Shown in pieces: positions 53,446-63,155 of a DNA stretch of 64,000 nucleotides. The stretch comes from Lysobacteraceae bacterium (GTDB lineage Bacteria; Pseudomonadota; Gammaproteobacteria; Xanthomonadales; Xanthomonadaceae). Position numbers and translations under genes: made by a program. Numbering within the stretch: position 1 is the stretch's first letter; each line of letters begins with the position of its first letter. Where the stretch lies: assembly GCA_041687455.1 (NCBI GenBank), contig JAWLBY010000003.1:221823-285822 (forward strand), given 5' to 3'. A model generated the notes under the pieces. The model did not search any database and was not told where the DNA came from. It was given only the letters and a program-made list of their open reading frames with translations.

Positions 53446-54735
53446 ATGCATCTGTTCGACCTGATCGCGGTGCTGATCAGCGCCGCCGGGCTGTTCGCGT
53501 GGGTCAATCATCGCTGGCTCGGTCTGCCGACCACGCTCGGCGTAATGCTGATCGGCCTCGTGCTGTCGCTGGCGCTGGCGGGGCTCGGTCGGGCCGGCTT
53601 TGGCCTGGTCGATGAGGTCGAGTCGGTGCTGGCGCAGATCGATTTCGACGACGCACTGCTGCACGGCATGTTGAGTTTCCTGCTGTTCGCCGGCGCGCTG
53701 CATGTCGACCTCGGCGATCTTGCGCGGGCCAGATGGGTCATCGGCACCCTCGCCAGCGTCGGCATACTGGTGTCGACCGCGCTGGTCGGTCTCGCGTCGT
53801 GGGGGCTGTTCTCGCTGCTCGGCATCGAGCTGCCGCTGGTCTGGTGCCTGCTGTTCGGGGCACTGATCTCGCCGACCGATCCGATAGCGGTGCTGGCGAC
53901 GCTGAAGAAGCTCGGCGCGCCGAAGCGACTCGAGATCAAGATCGCCGGCGAGTCGCTGTTCAATGACGGTGTCGCGGTGGTCGTGTTCATCGTACTGCTC
54001 GGCATCGCGACCGGCAGCGCCGACGCCAGCGTGATCGGCGTGGCCAGGCTGTTCGCTGCCGAGGCGGTCGGCGGCGTCGTGTTCGGCATGCTGCTCGGTT
54101 ACGTCGGCTACCGGCTGATCAGCAGTGTCGACCGCTACGACGTCGAGGTGCTGCTGACACTGGCGATCGTGACCGGCGGTTACGCACTGGCGTTTCGGTT
54201 GCACGTCTCGGCGCCGATCGCGATCGTCGTCGCCGGACTGTTCATCGGCAATCACGGCCGCACGTTCGGCATGTCGGAAGTGACCCGGCGCCGACTGGAC
54301 GATTTCTGGGAGCTGGTCGACGAGATTCTCAACGCGGTGCTGTTCCTGCTGATCGGCGTCGAAGTGCTGGTGCTGACCTTCAACGGCCAGTACCTGTTGG
54401 CCGGCGTGATGCTGGTGCCGATAGTGCTTCTGGCGCGGCTGGTCAGCGTCGGTGCGCCGATCCTGCTGCTCGGACTGCGCCGCGAGTTTCCGCCGCACAC
54501 GATCCGCGTGCTGACCTGGGGCGGCCTGCGCGGCGGCGTTTCGGTGGCGCTGGCGCTGTCGCTGCCGGCCGGGCCGATGCGCGAACAACTGCTGATGGCA
54601 ACCTATGTGATCGTGCTGTTCTCGCTGCTGGTGCAGGGGCTGACGATCCGCCATGTGTTGCCGCCGGCGGCGACGGTGCGGGCGACGATGCCGCCGGCCA
54701 CAGGCGCGAAACCGGCTGCCGCAAGCGAACACTGA
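53446..54735 (+). CDS. Cation:proton antiporter (CPA1/NhaP-type Na+/H+ exchanger)
   Basis: About 12 TM. Motifs FGALISPTDPIAV and ESLFNDGVAVV. Start ATG 53446 (MHLFDLIAVL). The upstream in-frame extension from 53323 is the SLC13 relic. Confidence 0.85.
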   Translation: MHLFDLIAVLISAAGLFAWVNHRWLGLPTTLGVMLIGLVLSLALAGLGRAGFGLVDEVESVLAQIDFDDALLHGMLSFLLFAGALHVDLGDLARARWVIGTLASVGILVSTALVGLASWGLFSLLGIELPLVWCLLFGALISPTDPIAVLATLKKLGAPKRLEIKIAGESLFNDGVAVVVFIVLLGIATGSADASVIGVARLFAAEAVGGVVFGMLLGYVGYRLISSVDRYDVEVLLTLAIVTGGYALAFRLHVSAPIAIVVAGLFIGNHGRTFGMSEVTRRRLDDFWELVDEILNAVLFLLIGVEVLVLTFNGQYLLAGVMLVPIVLLARLVSVGAPILLLGLRREFPPHTIRVLTWGGLRGGVSVALALSLPAGPMREQLLMATYVIVLFSLLVQGLTIRHVLPPAATVRATMPPATGAKPAAASEH

Positions 54736-55003
54736 ACCGCACCGGCGTCGCTGCCGCCGCGACCGCCCGAGTCCGGCGTCACGCCGGGCATCGAATCCTG
54801 TTCGCCTCGTTGATTGTCCCGGCTATGCTGTCGGCAAGGCTTCGAACTGCCGCGGTGCGGTGCCGCGGCGGCGATGAACTCGGACCCGGAATTCGAGCGC
54901 GCCACGACGAGGCCGGGGGGCACCGGTGCGCGGCGACCTGGAGACCAATGCAGCATGCCACGTCGATGACGGCCGGGACCTGTCGGCCAGCAGGGGCGAC
55001 CTG

Positions 55004-58000
55004 ATGCAGCGCGTCCGGTTCGGCGTGCTGGCAGGGCTGGCGCTGGCCGGCGCGGTCGCCGCCGCGCCGGTGCCGTCCTACCTGAGCCTCGAGCAGTACA
55101 CGCCCGAACGCGGGCTGTCGCAGGCGGCGGTGACGGCGCTGGTCGAGGACGATCGCGGGTTCCTGTGGATCGGCACCCAGGAGGGCCTCAATCGGTTCGA
55201 TGGCCATCGTTTCGTCGTCCATCGCGGTGACGACGCCGACCGCCCGCTCGCCAGCAGCAGCATCGACGCACTGGCGATCGACGAACGATCGCGGCTGTGG
55301 GTCGGCACCAATGATGCCGGGCTCGAGGTCATCGACCTGCGCGGCGGGCCACGGCGCCGACTGACCGCCACCGCCGGGCTGTCGCACGACACGGTTCGGC
55401 AGATCCTGCCGTTGGCGGACGGCGGCGCGCTGCTCGGTACCGCGGCCGGAATTGATCGTGTCGATGCCGCGATCGGTTCGGTGCGGACACTTGCGGCCAC
55501 CGCGGCGGTGGTCGACCTGCTGCCGACAACCGACGGCGCCTGGGCGCTGGACATCGACTGCCGTCTGTACCGCATCCACGGCGACACGGTACAAGCGCTT
55601 GGCGTCGACCTGCCTGCGGGTGCCCGTTGCGTCGGCCTGCAAGCCGACGATCAGGCGCTGTGGCTGGCCACCGGCTTCGACGGCGTCTGGAAACTCGGGC
55701 ACGACGCCCGCATCGAGGCCCGCTTCGGCCCGCCGGGCGGCGTCGAGTTGACCGCGTTCGGCCGCTACAGCAGCCAGTCGCTGCTGCTCGGATACGCCGA
55801 CGGCAGCGTGCGGCAGCTCGACACCACCGGCACCAGCGACCCGGAGCCGGTCCTGCTCGATCGGCCGCTCGGCGGCGCGGTGCTGCGGTTCCACCGGCTG
55901 CAGTCCGGCGTGTTGTGGATCGGCACGCTGACTTCCGGCCTGTTTCGCGCGCAGGCGCTGTCGAGCGCAATCGAACGCGATCTGCTGAGCGATGCCGAAC
56001 TGGCCGGCTGGCCGACCCGCAGCGTGCGATCGGTGCTGGTCGGCGAACACGACGCGCTGGTCGGCACCGACTCCGGACTGATCCGGCGACGTGCCGGGCA
56101 GGGCGGCTGGCAGCGGGTCGACGCGATCGGCGCAACGTCGATCCGCGCCATCGTGCAGCATCCGGACGGCGGTTGGTGGGTCGGCAGCCACCAGGGACTG
56201 TGGCGGCTGTGGCCGGACGGACGGGCGCGACCATTGGATCCGCTGCCCGATCCGCGGGTAACCGATCTGCTTCACGACGGCGACGACCTGTGGGTCGCGA
56301 CCCGCGGCGGGCTGGCGCGACTCCGCGACGACCGCCTGCTCGTCGATGGCGTGGTGGATCCACTGCACGGCGTGTTCCTGACCTGCCTGATGCGCGACGA
56401 CCTGGGCCGCCTGTGGATTGGCAGCAATGAACGCGGCCTGTTCCTGTTGCTGCCGGACGGCCGGCTGGAATCGCTGTCGACCGCCAACGGGCGACTGCTG
56501 CACGACTCGGTCTGGTCGCTGCATGCCGACGACGATGCCTTCTGGGTCGGCAGCTATTCCGGTGGGCTGCAGCGGATCGACCGCCGCAGCGGTGCGCTGC
56601 GCCGCTACACGACTGCCGATGGCCTGCCGAACAACGTGATCTTCCGGATCCTGCCGGATCGCTCCGGCCGCCTGTGGCTGACCACCAACCAGGGCATCGG
56701 CGTGCTCGACCCGGCCACCGGAGTGATCCAGCAACTGGGCGTCGGCGACGGGCTGCGCAACCGCGAGTTCAACAGCGGTGCCGGCGTCGTCGACGCCAAC
56801 GGCATCCTCTACCTCGGCGGCACCGACGGGCTCGACGTGATCGATCCGGATCGGCTGGAGTCGAGCAGTGCGCCGGCGCGACCGGTCGTCACCGGTGTCC
56901 GTCTGCTCGGCCGCCAGCGCGGCGAGCCGGCCCGTGACGTCGACATCGGCTACCGCCGCCGACTCGAGCTCGACCATCGGGACAGCTTCGTCTCGCTGGA
57001 CATGGTCGCGATCGATTTCACGGCGCCCGACGCGGCCCGCCTGCGCTACCGGATCAGCGAAATCCACGACGAATGGGTGCAGCCGAGCGGTGCGCATGCC
57101 GAGCTGGTATTGAGCCACCTGCCGGCCGGCGAATACGAACTCGAGGTCCAGGCCGCCGGCCGCGACGGCCGCTTCGATCACAGCGAACGGCTGGCGCTGT
57201 CGGTGCAGCCGCCGCCGTGGCGGCAGCCGTGGGCCTACTTCGGCTATCTGCTCGCCGTCGGTGCATTGCTGGCGTGGACGCTGCTGCGCCTGCAGGTGCG
57301 CGCGCGGGCCGAGCGCGCACGGATCGAGCTGCTGAACCGTACCGTCGAGGCCCGTACCGCCGAACTGGCGCAGGCCAATCGACTGCTGCAGCAGAGCAAC
57401 GCGCAACTGGAGCTGGCGATCCGCACCGACCCGCTGACCCAGGTGTCGAACCGCCGCGAGCTGCACGAGTGGCTGCAGCGCGAGACGCCATTGGTGCTGA
57501 AGTCCACGACCGGCGGCGATCCGCGCAGCCTGCTGTTCCTGATGATCGATCTCGACGACTTCAAGCGCGTCAATGACCAGTACGGCCACCAGGTCGGCGA
57601 CGAGGTGCTGATCATCGTCGCCGAACGCCTGCGCACGCTGTGCCGCGAGCACGACATCGTTGTCCGCTGGGGCGGCGAGGAATTCCTGATGCTGGTCCGT
57701 GACGCGGCGCGGACCGACCCGGCGCTGCTGGCCGAGCGAATCCGAGGGGCGGTCGCCGACACGCCAATGGCACTGGCATCGGGCCATGCGCTGGCGGTGA
57801 CCTGCTCGATCGGATTCGCGCAGTGGCCGTTCTCGCAGCGCTGGCCGGCGCTCGGCGACTGGGAGCACAGCGTCACGCTTGCAGATCGCGCACTGTACGC
57901 GGCGAAGGCGGCCGGCAAGAACGCCTGGATCGGACTGGCGGCCGGTGCCGCGGCCGAACGCGGCTGCCTGCAGCAACTGCTCGCAGGCGGCGCTCCGGAC

Positions 58001-58063
58001 GAGCTGCCGTCCGACTGCGTCGAGGTGCTGCATTCGCCCGGCATCGTGCCTGTGGTCCGCTGA
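55004..58063 (+). CDS. Periplasmic beta-propeller/Y_Y_Y sensor - TM - coiled coil - GGDEF diguanylate cyclase
   Basis: Signal peptide. Many two-component-regulator-propeller repeats (..LWIGT..GL..). Y_Y_Y-like region (RLRYRI..W........L..LPAGEYELEV). TM segment WAYFGYLLAVGALLAWTLL. GGDEF core with RWGGEEF and an I-site-like RVND. Confidence 0.9.
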   Translation: MQRVRFGVLAGLALAGAVAAAPVPSYLSLEQYTPERGLSQAAVTALVEDDRGFLWIGTQEGLNRFDGHRFVVHRGDDADRPLASSSIDALAIDERSRLWVGTNDAGLEVIDLRGGPRRRLTATAGLSHDTVRQILPLADGGALLGTAAGIDRVDAAIGSVRTLAATAAVVDLLPTTDGAWALDIDCRLYRIHGDTVQALGVDLPAGARCVGLQADDQALWLATGFDGVWKLGHDARIEARFGPPGGVELTAFGRYSSQSLLLGYADGSVRQLDTTGTSDPEPVLLDRPLGGAVLRFHRLQSGVLWIGTLTSGLFRAQALSSAIERDLLSDAELAGWPTRSVRSVLVGEHDALVGTDSGLIRRRAGQGGWQRVDAIGATSIRAIVQHPDGGWWVGSHQGLWRLWPDGRARPLDPLPDPRVTDLLHDGDDLWVATRGGLARLRDDRLLVDGVVDPLHGVFLTCLMRDDLGRLWIGSNERGLFLLLPDGRLESLSTANGRLLHDSVWSLHADDDAFWVGSYSGGLQRIDRRSGALRRYTTADGLPNNVIFRILPDRSGRLWLTTNQGIGVLDPATGVIQQLGVGDGLRNREFNSGAGVVDANGILYLGGTDGLDVIDPDRLESSSAPARPVVTGVRLLGRQRGEPARDVDIGYRRRLELDHRDSFVSLDMVAIDFTAPDAARLRYRISEIHDEWVQPSGAHAELVLSHLPAGEYELEVQAAGRDGRFDHSERLALSVQPPPWRQPWAYFGYLLAVGALLAWTLLRLQVRARAERARIELLNRTVEARTAELAQANRLLQQSNAQLELAIRTDPLTQVSNRRELHEWLQRETPLVLKSTTGGDPRSLLFLMIDLDDFKRVNDQYGHQVGDEVLIIVAERLRTLCREHDIVVRWGGEEFLMLVRDAARTDPALLAERIRGAVADTPMALASGHALAVTCSIGFAQWPFSQRWPALGDWEHSVTLADRALYAAKAAGKNAWIGLAAGAAAERGCLQQLLAGGAPDELPSDCVEVLHSPGIVPVVR

Positions 58064-58122
58064 GCGGCAGCCGCGGCTCCGGGGGCGATGCGATAATGTG
58101 GCGCCGTCAGTGCCATGCTGCC

Positions 58123-58521
58123 ATGACCGACACGCCGCTCGATGCCGCCGCGATCGCCCGCCTGGTCGATTGCTTCTACGACCGCGTACAGGACGACCCG
58201 GTGCTGGGTCCGGTATTCGACGCGGCCGTCGACGACTGGGACGAGCACAAGCGTCTGCTGACGTCGTTCTGGAGCTCGGTGGCATTGCGTGCCGGCAGCT
58301 ACCGTGGCAACCCGATGGCGGCCCATCGCCCGCTGTCGATCGACGCCGGCCATTTCGATCGCTGGCTGGCGCTGTGGCGTGATACCACCCGCCAGGTGCT
58401 GCCGGAGCCCCAGGCTGCCGAGATGATCGAATATGCCGAGCGGATCGGTCGCAGCCTGCGCTACGGGCTCGGCATCGATCCGAACGTGCGCCCGCTCGGG
58501 TTGCGCGTGGTCGGTCAGTAG
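58123..58521 (+). CDS. Group III truncated haemoglobin
   Basis: 132 aa. LVDCFYDRVQDDPVLGPVF...WDEHKRLLTSFWSSV......Y.G.P...H......HFDRWL.LW follows the trHb group III (Ctb-like) pattern. Confidence 0.75.
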   Translation: MTDTPLDAAAIARLVDCFYDRVQDDPVLGPVFDAAVDDWDEHKRLLTSFWSSVALRAGSYRGNPMAAHRPLSIDAGHFDRWLALWRDTTRQVLPEPQAAEMIEYAERIGRSLRYGLGIDPNVRPLGLRVVGQ

Positions 58522-58540
58522 CGCCGGCGCGGAGCCCGCG

Positions 58541-59329
58541 TCAGCGAAGCGTCTGCAACCATTCCCGGGCGAGTGCCATGGCCCGCCGGACCGGCGCCGC
58601 GCCTGCGCGATAGCACAGTTTCCATTCCCAGCGTTTCGCCTCGTGAGCGGGGTCGGCGAACCGCTGCATGCCGCCCTGTGCCACCAGCGCCGCATCGAAA
58701 TCGACCGTGCCGCAGACGTCGATGAACTGTGTCAGGCGACGGGCAATCAGCGTCTGCGGATCTTCCGGAAGCGTATCGTTCCAGCGCGACAGTGCCTGCT
58801 GGTAACGCTGCTGCTCGGCCTCGAACTCGGCCTGCATGCCCTGCCGCTGCAGCGCCATCACCTCGGGATCGGATTGCGCGGCGCGCATCGCTTCCTCGGC
58901 TTCGCGGATCGCCGCCTCCATCTCATCGCGCTGGTCGGCTGGAAGCTGGGCGAGAGAGGCTCGCATCGCCTCGAACTGGACCTGCATCTCCTGATCCTGC
59001 TGCGCCATCGCATCGTCGACGCTTCCGGGGTCGACCGGCGGCATCGGTCGGGCCAGCTCGCGCAGTTGCTCGTAGCCACTGCGGAACATCGGCGAGGCGC
59101 TGTGGCCGCGTGCCCACGCAAAGGCGGTCTCCACCAGTGCCAGGCGTTTCGCGGCGTCAGCCCGCTGCCAGTATCGACGCACGCTCATGGTCGGGACGGT
59201 GCCGAAGTGGAGGGCGTCCAGCCACACCGAAGGGGCGACCGCGGGATCGATCGGGCTGTCGGGAGGCAGTTCGACCGACCAGGCATGGAACGAGGCGAGC
59301 AGGCAGGTGGCGAGGATCAGGCGGCGCAT
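58541..59329 (-). CDS. Exported hypothetical protein with Glu/Gln/Met-rich helical centre
   Basis: Signal peptide MRRLILATCLLASFHAWS. Central AMAQQDQEMQVQFEAMRASL..EMEAAIREAEEAMRAAQSDPEVMALQRQGMQAEFEAEQQ. No family recognised. An alternative ATG lies at 59346. Confidence 0.5.
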   Translation of the reverse strand: MRRLILATCLLASFHAWSVELPPDSPIDPAVAPSVWLDALHFGTVPTMSVRRYWQRADAAKRLALVETAFAWARGHSASPMFRSGYEQLRELARPMPPVDPGSVDDAMAQQDQEMQVQFEAMRASLAQLPADQRDEMEAAIREAEEAMRAAQSDPEVMALQRQGMQAEFEAEQQRYQQALSRWNDTLPEDPQTLIARRLTQFIDVCGTVDFDAALVAQGGMQRFADPAHEAKRWEWKLCYRAGAAPVRRAMALAREWLQTLR

Positions 59330-59472
59330 CGGGACCCTGTCAGGCATAGGAAACCGGCGAATCGTACCGCCGAACGCGGCCGGCTCGCCGGCGGAATCGA
59401 CGGGCCGTCGGTCGGGCGCGCCGAAATGCGGCGCAGCGGGATTGGAAGCGGGTGTCGACGGTCGGCGATGGC

Positions 59473-60132
59473 TCACACTCGCCGGTGCAACCGGTATACC
59501 GCGGTATGCAGGGCCTCCAGCCCCTCGTCGCGAAAGCGCGGCTCGGCATCGAGGATGCTGCGGCGCTCGACGCAGGTGACCGTCCAACGCGGTTCGAACA
59601 GCGCGCGGACTTCGGATTCGGGCACCGAAAACGGCGGTCCTTCGCGGCGCTGCTGGTCGTATTCGAGCGTGATCAGCAAGCCGATGCAGCCGATCGGCAG
59701 CCGACCGTACAACTCGTCGGCGTAGCGCTGCCGCAGCGCCGGCGGCAACGCGATCAGCGCGGCGCGATCGTACACCGCATCGACGTCCTGCAGCGCGAGC
59801 TCGTCCAGTGCGAACGCGTCGCCGCAGTACAGCTCGATGCCGCGCGCCTCGAAGATCGAGAAGGCGCCCTGCTCGCGGCACGCAGGGACCGCGTCGCATC
59901 CGGCGAAGAAATCCTCGATGGCCAGCCGCGACAGTTCCACGCCGCGCACGCGGTGTCCACGCTGCGCAAGCCACGCAAGGTCGAGGCTCTTGCCGCACAG
60001 CGGCACCAGCACGCGCGCGTCGTCACCGAGCCCGAGCTGCGGCCAGTGCTTCTGCAACAAGCGGTCGACCTCGTGCTGATGCCAGCCGGTGCGGCCCTCG
60101 GCCCAGCGCTGCTGCCAGAATGTCTCGTCCAT
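59473..60132 (-). CDS. tpm: Thiopurine S-methyltransferase
   Basis: MDETFWQQRWAEGRTGWHQ.....L.......G..VLVPLCGKSLD..WLA..GH.V.GVELS. 219 aa, typical bacterial TPMT. Confidence 0.85.
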   Translation of the reverse strand: MDETFWQQRWAEGRTGWHQHEVDRLLQKHWPQLGLGDDARVLVPLCGKSLDLAWLAQRGHRVRGVELSRLAIEDFFAGCDAVPACREQGAFSIFEARGIELYCGDAFALDELALQDVDAVYDRAALIALPPALRQRYADELYGRLPIGCIGLLITLEYDQQRREGPPFSVPESEVRALFEPRWTVTCVERRSILDAEPRFRDEGLEALHTAVYRLHRRV

Positions 60133-60251
60133 CGGATTCGTTCCAGGAATCGGGCTGCCGGAAACGCTACAGGATGGGCGCCGGCAAGTCACAGTCCGGC
60201 GGCCGCGTCCGATGCCTGGTGCCGAGTCGGACAATGTTCGCGAGCGTGGAC

Positions 60252-60713
60252 TCAATCGTTGCTGCCGCGGGGCCGCCGCGCCAGCCACTGGTCGAGCTGG
60301 CTGGCGAACGCCTGGCGGTCTCGGGCATGCAGCGGCGGCGGACCGCCGGTCGCGATGCCGGCGCCGCGAAGCTCTTCCATGAAGTTGCGAATCGAGAGCC
60401 GTTCGGCGATCGCATCCGCAGTGAAGCGCACGCCGCGCGGGTCGACTGCATCGGCGCCCTTGTCGAGCACCCGTGCGGCAAGCGGGATGTCCTGCGTCAC
60501 GACCAGGTCGCCGGCCTGCACGCGGTCGACGATCGCGCTGTCGGCGACATCGAAACCGCCGGGCACCTGCAGCGCGCGGATGTATGACGATGCCGGCGTC
60601 CGCAGCCACTGGTTGGCGACCAGCGTGACCTGCACGCGGGCGCGTTCGGCGGCCCGGAACAGGATATCGCGGATCACGACCGGACAGGCATCGGCGTCAA
60701 CCCAGATCTGCAT
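60252..60713 (-). CDS. YaiI/YqxD family protein (UPF0178)
   Basis: [24 protein letters not shown]...V.....N.......S.......V..G.D.AD..IV......[13 protein letters not shown] is characteristic of the family. Confidence 0.85.
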   Translation of the reverse strand: MQIWVDADACPVVIRDILFRAAERARVQVTLVANQWLRTPASSYIRALQVPGGFDVADSAIVDRVQAGDLVVTQDIPLAARVLDKGADAVDPRGVRFTADAIAERLSIRNFMEELRGAGIATGGPPPLHARDRQAFASQLDQWLARRPRGSND

Positions 60714-60779
60714 GATTCCGCTGTCGGTCCGTTCGTGTCGTCATGGCAGCGGCCGGACGAGCGGCCGCTGCCGTTGCAT

Positions 60780-62735
60780 TCACTGCAGCGCGTCCTTGCC
60801 GATGTGCCTGTCGAAGAACTCGAGCATCTTGCCGTACAGGGCGATCTTGTTGTCCATCTGGTAGAAGCCGTGCCCTTCGGGTTTCAGCATCCACTCGTAA
60901 GGCTTTCCAATCGCATCGAGCGCCTTGCGCAGCCGGCGGGCGTGTCCGACCGGCACGCGGACGTCGTTCTCGCCATGGACGATGAACAGTTCGGCCTTGA
61001 TCCGGTCGACATGGTGCACCGGCGACACGCTGCGGAGCTGCTCGGCATCGTCGCCGATGTAGGCCGACTTCCAGAGATCGGTGTTGCGCTTGCTGCGGCT
61101 GCCGCCGCGATCGCTGTCGGAGCCATCGCCTTCGCGAAACCACGGCAGGTCGTAGACGCCGACGTAGCCGACCGCACACTTGTACAGGTCCGGCTCCTTG
61201 ATAACGCCGGCCAGCGATGCGTATCCACCGTAGCTGCCGCCGTAGATGCAGATCCGCTCGGGATCGGCCACGCCGACTTCGATCGCCCAGTGGGTGGCAT
61301 CGGTGACGTCATCCTGCATCACGCCACCCCAGCCGCGTCGTCCGCGGTCGATGAAGTCCTGTCCACGGTTGCCGGAACCACGGTAGTTCACCTGCAGCGT
61401 CGCGTAACCGCGGCTGGCGAAGAACTGCGCTTCCGGGTTGTAGCGCCAGACATCGGTCACGCCGAACGGGCCGCCGTGCACGTTGACGATCAGCGGCATG
61501 GTGCCCTTGGTGTCGCGCGGACGGGTCAACAGCGCATGCAGCGGCAGACCGTCACGCGCCTTGATCGTGACCGGCAGCATCTCGACCAGATCGTCCGGCT
61601 TCAGGTGCGGGCGGGATGCGGCGAGAAAGGTCGCCTTGCGTGACGCGACGTCGAAAAGATAGAACTCGCCCGGATTGCGGTCGCTGTACACCCGGGCGAT
61701 CGCGAGCTTGCCGTCGGCCGAGTACGACGTGACGGTGGCGGCCTGTTCCGGGAACCCGGCCGACAACGCGCGCAGGAACCGGGCGTCCTGGCGGTCCTGG
61801 TCGAAATAGATGTCGTCGACGTAACCGTGCATCACCGATATGCCCAGAACGTCGCCGTCGTGGCCGAAGATGCCGCCGGCGACATCGACCTCTGGATGGC
61901 GGTACAGCAGCTTCAGATCGCCGGTTGCGAAATCGTACGAGAAGGCACCGAGTCGCCCGTCCTCCTTCATGTCGTGATCGGACAGGAAGTAGGCGCGCTG
62001 GTTGTCGGCGGAGAATCCGAGCGGCTGCAGCGTCGGGCGGGCGCGCGCCGACGGAAGGTGCAGGGTCTTCCATTCGCCGTCACCGCCGCGGACATACAGA
62101 TTGGTACGGTGCTGGTCGAACGTCTTTCCTTCGACGAACTCGATCGCGATCCGGACCTTGCCCTCGTTGTCGGCGATCACCTGGAACGGGTTACGGATCA
62201 CCGGTTCGTCGGTGGTGTAGGTCAGGTTGCCGGTGTAGATATCGAGCTTGTTGACCTTCGGCTGCCCGTATTCTGCGCCGTGATACTTCGCAATCAGGAT
62301 GTGGCGAGGGTCGTCGCGCAGCAGATTGAGAAGCTGGTAGCCCGACCTCTGCATCTCGAAGATCTGCTCGCGCTTGCTGCCGTCGATGTTGGCGGCATAC
62401 AGATGGGCCGGTCGTCCGATGTTGTCGAGGTTGCCGGTCTTCTTGCCGACCGACATCACGACGCGTTCGTTGTTTCCCCAGAAAAAATCGAGCACGTGCA
62501 TCTGCTCGCCGAATGCGAATCCGGCGGTGATCTTCTTCTTCTTCAGCTCCATCACCGCGAGCTTGACCTCGGTGCCTTCCTCGTAGGTGAAGGCCACGTG
62601 CTTGCCATCCGGCGACAACTCCATGTCGACGAACTTGGAGTTCTCGAAATAGGCGCGTATCGGCAGCGGATCGGCAGCAATGGCGGAATTTCCGGCCGCG
62701 AGCAGAAACAACGCGAGCAACGAGCTCCTGAGCAT
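60780..62735 (-). CDS. S9 family serine peptidase (prolyl oligopeptidase/DPP-like), exported
   Basis: Signal peptide MLRSSLLALFLLAAGNSAIA. N-terminal beta-propeller region. Catalytic GGSYGGY, HGENDVRVP and a C-terminal His region (EGHGF). Confidence 0.9.
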   Translation of the reverse strand: MLRSSLLALFLLAAGNSAIAADPLPIRAYFENSKFVDMELSPDGKHVAFTYEEGTEVKLAVMELKKKKITAGFAFGEQMHVLDFFWGNNERVVMSVGKKTGNLDNIGRPAHLYAANIDGSKREQIFEMQRSGYQLLNLLRDDPRHILIAKYHGAEYGQPKVNKLDIYTGNLTYTTDEPVIRNPFQVIADNEGKVRIAIEFVEGKTFDQHRTNLYVRGGDGEWKTLHLPSARARPTLQPLGFSADNQRAYFLSDHDMKEDGRLGAFSYDFATGDLKLLYRHPEVDVAGGIFGHDGDVLGISVMHGYVDDIYFDQDRQDARFLRALSAGFPEQAATVTSYSADGKLAIARVYSDRNPGEFYLFDVASRKATFLAASRPHLKPDDLVEMLPVTIKARDGLPLHALLTRPRDTKGTMPLIVNVHGGPFGVTDVWRYNPEAQFFASRGYATLQVNYRGSGNRGQDFIDRGRRGWGGVMQDDVTDATHWAIEVGVADPERICIYGGSYGGYASLAGVIKEPDLYKCAVGYVGVYDLPWFREGDGSDSDRGGSRSKRNTDLWKSAYIGDDAEQLRSVSPVHHVDRIKAELFIVHGENDVRVPVGHARRLRKALDAIGKPYEWMLKPEGHGFYQMDNKIALYGKMLEFFDRHIGKDALQ

Positions 62736-62985
62736 CGAACGATTCCCCCCGGATATTGGTTGTCGGCCCGTTCGGACCTTGCGCCGGAACCCGCATCGAA
62801 CAGGCATTGGCAGCGAATGAGTGTGGCGGTCCCGACCTGCGGAACCGGCCAATTATCGCCGCCGCGCCAATGTCTGACTACCGGAATCGGCTGCATTCAC
62901 GGCAGCATGCAGTTTTCGGTTCCGGTCGATGAAATGGCGACGCACGTGCTTTCGGAGCAACCCACTGCGCGAAAATGCAACGTGG

Positions 62986-63005
62986 ATCCCGGCTTTCGCC
63001 GGGAT
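62986..63005. repeat. REP-like palindromic unit
   Basis: ATCCCGGC-TTTC-GCCGGGAT perfect hairpin followed by GACG. The antisense translation gives the VIPAKAGIH peptide typical of spurious ORFs across this class of proteobacterial extragenic repeat. Confidence 0.55.
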
Positions 63006-63155
63006 GACGAGCAGGTGCGCGTCGCGCGATCGAGTCACCGGGCGCCGACCGGCGCCGGCCTTCGCGGCGACACGCTGTCTCCGAAGCGTTGATCGCTGAA
63101 TGAGCGACGGCGCCGCGCGGCGCCGTCGCTCCCGCGTCAATCCGGCTCTGCTCGC

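Noticed and set aside
53329-54732. 467 aa minus-strand ORF
   Set aside because: It is antisense to the NhaP antiporter gene. The translation is Q/R/D/H-rich with no hydrophobic helices, whereas the plus strand encodes a 12-TM protein with CPA1 motifs.
54779-58285. 1168 aa ORF on the minus strand
   Set aside because: It is antisense to the Y_Y_Y-GGDEF gene, whose plus-strand product has clear domain motifs (RWGGEEF, propeller repeats). The minus-strand translation is Arg/Ala/Gln/Pro-rich with no motifs. This is a typical high-GC shadow ORF.
59330-60609. Long upstream extensions of minus-strand ORFs 58541..59998 and 59473..60609, and plus-strand ORF 59452..60864
   Set aside because: Recognisable proteins (the exported hypothetical, TPMT and YaiI) account for the region with sensible starts. 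The extensions and the plus-strand ORF are Arg/Ala-rich shadows.
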